From the NCBI GenBank assembly GCA_043819795.1, contig JBDREN010000056.1:1-41147 (forward strand): a stretch of 41,147 nucleotides of DNA. Reading direction: 5' to 3'. The position numbers were made by a program, and so were the translations under genes. The first letter of the stretch is position 1. Each line of letters starts with the position of its first letter. The notes below the pieces were generated by a model that saw only the letters and a list, made by a program, of their open reading frames with translations, had not been told where the DNA came from and searched no databases. Of the stretch, positions 39,479-41,147 are shown in pieces. The DNA comes from Elusimicrobiota bacterium (GTDB lineage: Bacteria > Elusimicrobiota > Elusimicrobia > UBA1565).

Positions 39479-39853
39479 CTACTTTAGGATGCGCCGCTCG
39501 AGGACCTTCACGCGGGCAAGCAGCATCTTGCTCTCGAAGGGCTTGGTGAGGTAGTCGTCGGCACCCCGCTCGTAGCCGGTGACCTGGTCGTCGATGAGCG
39601 CGCGCACCGTGAGCATGAGTATCGGCATGTCCCTGAAGCGGGCGTCGTCGCGGATCTTGCGGGTAAGCTCCATGCCGTCCATCTTCGGCATGTTCAAATC
39701 GAGCACCGCCATGTCCACCGTCCGTCGCTGCATCGCGTCCCAGGCGGCCTGCCCGTCCCTGGTGCGGACGACCGTGTAGCCCCCCTGCGTCAGGATCTCG
39801 GTGACGAGGTCCAGGAAGATCGCGTCGTCGTCGGCCACCAGGATCGTTCTCAT
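39479..39853 (-). CDS. Single-domain response regulator
   Basis: ILVADDD, VLDLNMP, LMLT, YLTKPF; GAGGAGG RBS before ATG 39853. Confidence 0.92.
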   Translation of the reverse strand: MRTILVADDDAIFLDLVTEILTQGGYTVVRTRDGQAAWDAMQRRTVDMAVLDLNMPKMDGMELTRKIRDDARFRDMPILMLTVRALIDDQVTGYERGADDYLTKPFESKMLLARVKVLERRILK

Positions 39854-39873
39854 CGCACGGCCTCCTCGCCCCG

Positions 39874-40587
39874 TCAAGACTCCCGGAACGCGTACCCGAC
39901 CCCGTAGACCGTGCGGATCATCGAGCCGCAGCGGCCGAGCTTGCGGCGGAGGGACTCGATGTGCTTGTCCACGGTCCCGGGACGGACGTCGTCGTAGTTG
40001 CCCTTCCAGACGTTCTCAAGGAAATAGTGGCGCTCCAGCACCTTGCCCGGCTGCTCCAGAAACAGCGCCAGGAACCGGAACTCCGTTCCAGTGAGCCCCC
40101 GGACCGGGCTCCAGCGGCCCCGCGCGCCCTTGATCCAGGCCTCGTGCTGGGAGCGGTCCAGCTTGAGCTCCCCGCCGGGCGATTTCAGGACGTCGAGGGC
40201 CGAGGCCAGGCTCGGCAGGATGCGGCGCAGGTGCGCTTTGAGCTTCGCCAGGAAAAGGCGGTCGTCGATATCGTCGACGAAATGGTCGTCGGCCCCGGCC
40301 TCCAGGACCCCGATGACCTTCTCGGGGCCGAGCCCCGGGCCGGACACCAGGATGACCGAGATCCCGGCCGTCCGGGACTTGAGCCGCCGCAGCGCCTCCG
40401 CGGCCCGCGCCCGCAGCGCCGCCCAGTCCACGAGGGCGATCCCCAGCCGCCTCTCGGCGGCGTCGGCCAGCAGCGCCTCGAAATCGTCGGAGACCGAGAC
40501 CTGCCAACCCTCGCGCGTCAGAAGCGTCTCCCAGCGCTTCGCCCGCGCGCTCTCCACGCCGACGATCCAGAACCCGAGGCTGGTCAT
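39874..40587 (-). CDS. OmpR/PhoB-type regulator with degenerate receiver domain; paralog of 11806-12510
   Basis: Winged helix (LTGTEFRFL..FLEQPG, VDKHIESLRRKLG, IRTVYGVGY). The receiver keeps ALVDW but lacks the DD pocket and Lys. Confidence 0.88.
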   Translation of the reverse strand: MTSLGFWIVGVESARAKRWETLLTREGWQVSVSDDFEALLADAAERRLGIALVDWAALRARAAEALRRLKSRTAGISVILVSGPGLGPEKVIGVLEAGADDHFVDDIDDRLFLAKLKAHLRRILPSLASALDVLKSPGGELKLDRSQHEAWIKGARGRWSPVRGLTGTEFRFLALFLEQPGKVLERHYFLENVWKGNYDDVRPGTVDKHIESLRRKLGRCGSMIRTVYGVGYAFRES

Positions 40588-40654
40588 GGCGTTCAGCGGC
40601 GCCCCCCGCTCACGCTCGGGCCTTCTAGACGCGCGGTATGATCGGATCGCGGCA

Positions 40655-41146
40655 CTATTCGAGCGGGTTGTCCATGCCCGTCAGCTCGCGGATGCATGTC
40701 CTGAGCAGTTTCCAGTCCACCGGCTTATGGCAGAGGCGGACGTACGGATCGGTCTTGGGGACGATCTTTTGCGCCTCGGCGGGGGGCATGCCGGTGACGA
40801 AGATGACGGGGAGGTTCTTCGGGACATAGCTCGAGGCGCGCAGCCTCCGCAGGGCGTCCACGCCGCTGCCGAAGCCCGGCATCTCGATATCGGAGATGAT
40901 CAATGAAAGCCGCATCCCCTCCGCCTGGATCACCGACTGGGCGGCGTCCTCGGCGCAGGTCACCCGGTAGCCGGCCGACTCCAGCTTGCTGAGCAGCATG
41001 TCGCGGATGAGGGGATCGTCGTCGACGACGAGGATGAAGTTGCGTCCCGGCGACGGCTTCGGGGACGCGCCGGCGGGAGGCCCGCCGGCCGGCTGCCCTG
41101 GTGGGGCCCCGGCCGGGGACTGCGTCCCCGGCGGCGGCTGCTTCTG
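40655..41146 (-). CDS. Receiver-domain protein with Pro-rich N-terminal linker, 5' end outside the window
   Basis: The frame stays open to the window edge: QKQPPPGTQSP...NFILVVDDDPLIRDML, IISDIEMP, FVTG, CHKP. Confidence 0.85.
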   Translation of the reverse strand, partial: QKQPPPGTQSPAGAPPGQPAGGPPAGASPKPSPGRNFILVVDDDPLIRDMLLSKLESAGYRVTCAEDAAQSVIQAEGMRLSLIISDIEMPGFGSGVDALRRLRASSYVPKNLPVIFVTGMPPAEAQKIVPKTDPYVRLCHKPVDWKLLRTCIRELTGMDNPLE

Positions 41147-41147
41147 G

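Overview
This is a GC-rich bacterial window with almost all real genes on the minus strand; the many long overlapping ORFs are antisense shadows. Left part (143-10364): a complete F1Fo ATP synthase operon (atpZ-I-B-E-F-H-A-G-D-C) carrying four tightly packed extra genes. These are a secreted hypothetical protein, a frameshifted HldD/RfaD epimerase, a stand-alone PilZ protein between atpG and atpD, and a lactonase-like MBL lipoprotein that has lost its metal ligands. A REC-GGDEF gene is transcribed divergently from the atp promoter. Centre (11806-17621): an operon encoding one polypeptide that joins a sensor-less histidine kinase, a FliF-like ring domain and FliG-like rotor domains, followed by a coiled-coil protein, MotA, MotB and an atypical OmpR-type regulator. 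No other flagellar genes are in the window. Right part: a PorV-like barrel/TPR protein, a ~6600-aa surface protein (28 FG-GAP repeats, LamG domains, Ig-like repeats, T9SS/FlgD-type C-terminal domain) and three receiver-domain genes. Intergenic DNA includes a 93-bp MITE-like element with a target-site duplication and related GC-rich palindromes. The best candidate for an undescribed system is a flagellum-free rotor-stator module fused to a kinase, beside a T9SS-like giant adhesin and c-di-GMP genes linked to the atp operon. The gene content is reminiscent of Elusimicrobiota (inference only). All family calls come from motif reading, not database searches.
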